Source of the DNA: Mobula hypostoma
Taxonomy: Eukaryota
DNA length: 64,000 bases
Assembly: GCF_963921235.1 (NCBI RefSeq)
Contig: NC_086097.1
Location: 178,438,001-178,502,000 of the forward strand
Reading direction: 5' to 3'
Shown here: in pieces, positions 61,770-64,000 of the stretch
How positions within the stretch are numbered: the first letter of the stretch is position 1
Layout of the letters: the number at the start of each line of letters is the position of its first letter
Notes under the pieces: model-generated
The model's input: the letters and a program-made list of their open reading frames with translations, nothing else
What the model was told of the DNA's origin: nothing
Database searches by the model: none
Translations under genes and position numbers: made by a program

Positions 61770-64000
61770 ACAGTTGTTTCTTCAGCAGTTTGAACGGGGC
61801 ACGACTGCACAAGCGCGTGGAGGTCGGCCAGTGAGAACAGAGGGAAGAGTTTAAAAGGAAGACAGATTTACAGAGCGGGCGTCAGAGGAGAGGGCGACAG
61901 AGTAGAGGGAGACAGAATAGGAAGGCTTTGGCTCAACGGGGCTTAGGCGATAAAGGGTCGAGGTCAGGTAGGTTATCTGTTTAAAATAAAGACAGAGAGT
62001 ATGTGTGTGAGGCCGGTTTTCTGTGCTCAGTGTCAGATGTGGGAGGTCCTAGAGACGCCCAGGCTCCCAGACGGCCACATCTGCACCAGGTGCATCAAGC
62101 TGCAACTCCTTAGGGACTGCGTTAGGGACTGGAGATGCAGCTCGATGACCTTCGTCTGGTCAGGGACAGTGAGGAGGTGACAGAGGAGCTATAGGCAGGT
62201 AGTCACCCCGGGACCACAGGAGACAGAGAAGTGGGTAAGGGAAGGGCAAGAAGCAGGTACTAGAGAGTACACCAGTGGCTGTCCCCCTTAACAATAAGTA
62301 TTCCTGCTTGAGTACTGTTGGGGGGGGGGGGATGGCCTACCTGGGGGAAGCAACAGTGGCTGTGCCTCCAACACAGAGTCTGGCCCTGTGGCTCAGAAGG
62401 GTTGGGAAAGGAAGAGGATGGCAGCAGTGATAAGGGACTCTATATTTAGGGGATCAGTTAAGTGATTCTTGGATGCAGGAAAGAAACGCAGATGGTAGCT
62501 TGCCTCCCGTGTGCCAGGGTCCAGGATGTGTCTGATCGCGTCCACGATATCTTGAAGTGGGAGGGTGAACAGTCAGAAGTCGTGGTACATATTGGTACCA
62601 ACGACATAGGTAGGAAAAGGGAGGAGGTCCTGAAAAAAGACAACAGGGAGTTAGGAAAGAAGTTGAGAAGCAGGACCTCAAAGGTAGTAATCTCGGGACT
62701 ACTGCCTGTGCCACATGAAAGTGAGTATAGGAATAGAATGAGGTGGAGGATAGATGTCTGGCTGAGGGATTGGAGCAGGGGACAGGGATTCAGATTTCTG
62801 AATCATTGGGACCTCTTCTGGGGCAGGTGTGACCTGTACAAAAAGGATGGGTTGCACATGAATCTGGGGGGACCAATATCCTGGTGGGAAGGTTTGCTAA
62901 GGCTATTGGGGAGAGTTTAAACTAGAATTGCTGGGGAGGGGGAACCAAACTGAAGTGACGGAGGAAAGGGAGGTTGGCTCACAAATAGAGAAAGTTTGGA
63001 GACAGTGCAAAAGGGAGGATAGGCAGGTGATAGAGAAGGGACGCGCTCATTCCAGTGGTTTGAGATGTGTCTATTTTAATGCGAGGAGTATCATGAATAA
63101 AGCAGATGAGTTTAGAGCGTGGATCAGTAGTTGGAGCTATGATGTTGTGGCCATTACAGAGACTTGGATGGTGCAGGGGTAGGAATGGCTACTTCAAGTG
63201 CCAGGCTTTAGATGTTTCAGAAGGGATGTGGGGGGATGCAAAAGAAGTTGGGCGTGACACTGTTGATCAGAGATAGTGTCATGGCTGCAGAAAAGGAGGA
63301 AGTCATGGAGGGATTGTCTACAGAGTCTCTGTGGGTGGAAGTTAGGAATAGGAAGGGGTTAATAACTCTACTGGGTGTTTTTTATAGACCACCCAATAGT
63401 AACAGGGACATCGAGGAGCAGATAGGGAGACAGATTCTGGAAAGGAGTCATAATAACAGGGTTGTCGTGGTGGGAGATTTTAAGTTCCCAAATATTGATT
63501 GGCATCTCCCTAGAGTGAGAGGTTTAGATGGGATGGAGTTTGTTAGGTGTGTTCAGGAAAGTTTCTTGACACGATAGTAGATAAGCCTACAAGAGGAGAG
63601 GCTGTACTTGATCTGGTATTGGGAAATGAACCTGGTCAGGTGACAGGTCTCTCAGTGGGAAAACATTTTGGAGATGGTGATCACAATTCTATCTCCTTTA
63701 CCATAGCATTAGAGAGGGATAGGAACAGACAAGTTAGGGAAATGTTTAATTGGAGTAAGGGAAACTATAAGGCTATCCGGCAGGAACTTGGAAGTATAAA
63801 TTGGAAACGGATGTTCTCAGAGAAATGTCCCGAAGAAATGTGGCAAACGTTCAGGGGATATTTGCATGGGGTTCTGAATAGCTACATTCCAATGAGACAG
63901 GAAAGGATGGTAGGGTACAAGATCCGTGGTGCACAAAGACTGTTGTAAATCTAGTCAAGAAGAAAAGAAAAGCTTATGAAAGGTTCAAAGAACTAGGTAA
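61770..64000 (+). mobile_element. CR1 LINE 5' half (5' UTR, ORF1 zinc finger and esterase, ORF2 endonuclease); runs off the window
   Basis: FCAQCQMWE...ICTRCIKLQ; VVVHIGTNDIG...DGLHMN; YFNARSI, VVAITETW, FYRPPN, VGDFKFP, GDHN. Frameshifted. Confidence 0.92.

Overview
Eukaryotic, repeat-dense DNA with no supportable host protein-coding gene; probably intronic or intergenic. The repeat families suggest a cartilaginous fish, probably a ray (inference from HER1/CR1-like LINEs, V-domain SINEs and Rex1/Babar). Most of the window is nested, decayed mobile DNA. It holds many Rex1/Babar LINE fragments, several CR1 LINEs (one nearly full length at 8.2-12.3 kb, another running off the right end), an R4/Dong-type RLE LINE with a 5' inversion, and two Gypsy LTR elements. 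It also holds a DD34E Tc1, an internally deleted Tigger/pogo, a hAT MITE, V-SINEs, a CORE-RTE-type SINE and Penelope-like elements (PLEs). The most notable hidden signal is hammerhead-ribozyme motifs from two families. One family sits at the 3' end of PLE remnants and recurs in short insertions, several flanked by target-site duplications (TSDs). The other forms an about 220 bp palindromic insertion with two inverted hammerhead-like arms. Family names come from recognising motifs by eye, with no database search. Boundaries are approximate unless a TSD or terminal inverted repeat (TIR) is quoted.
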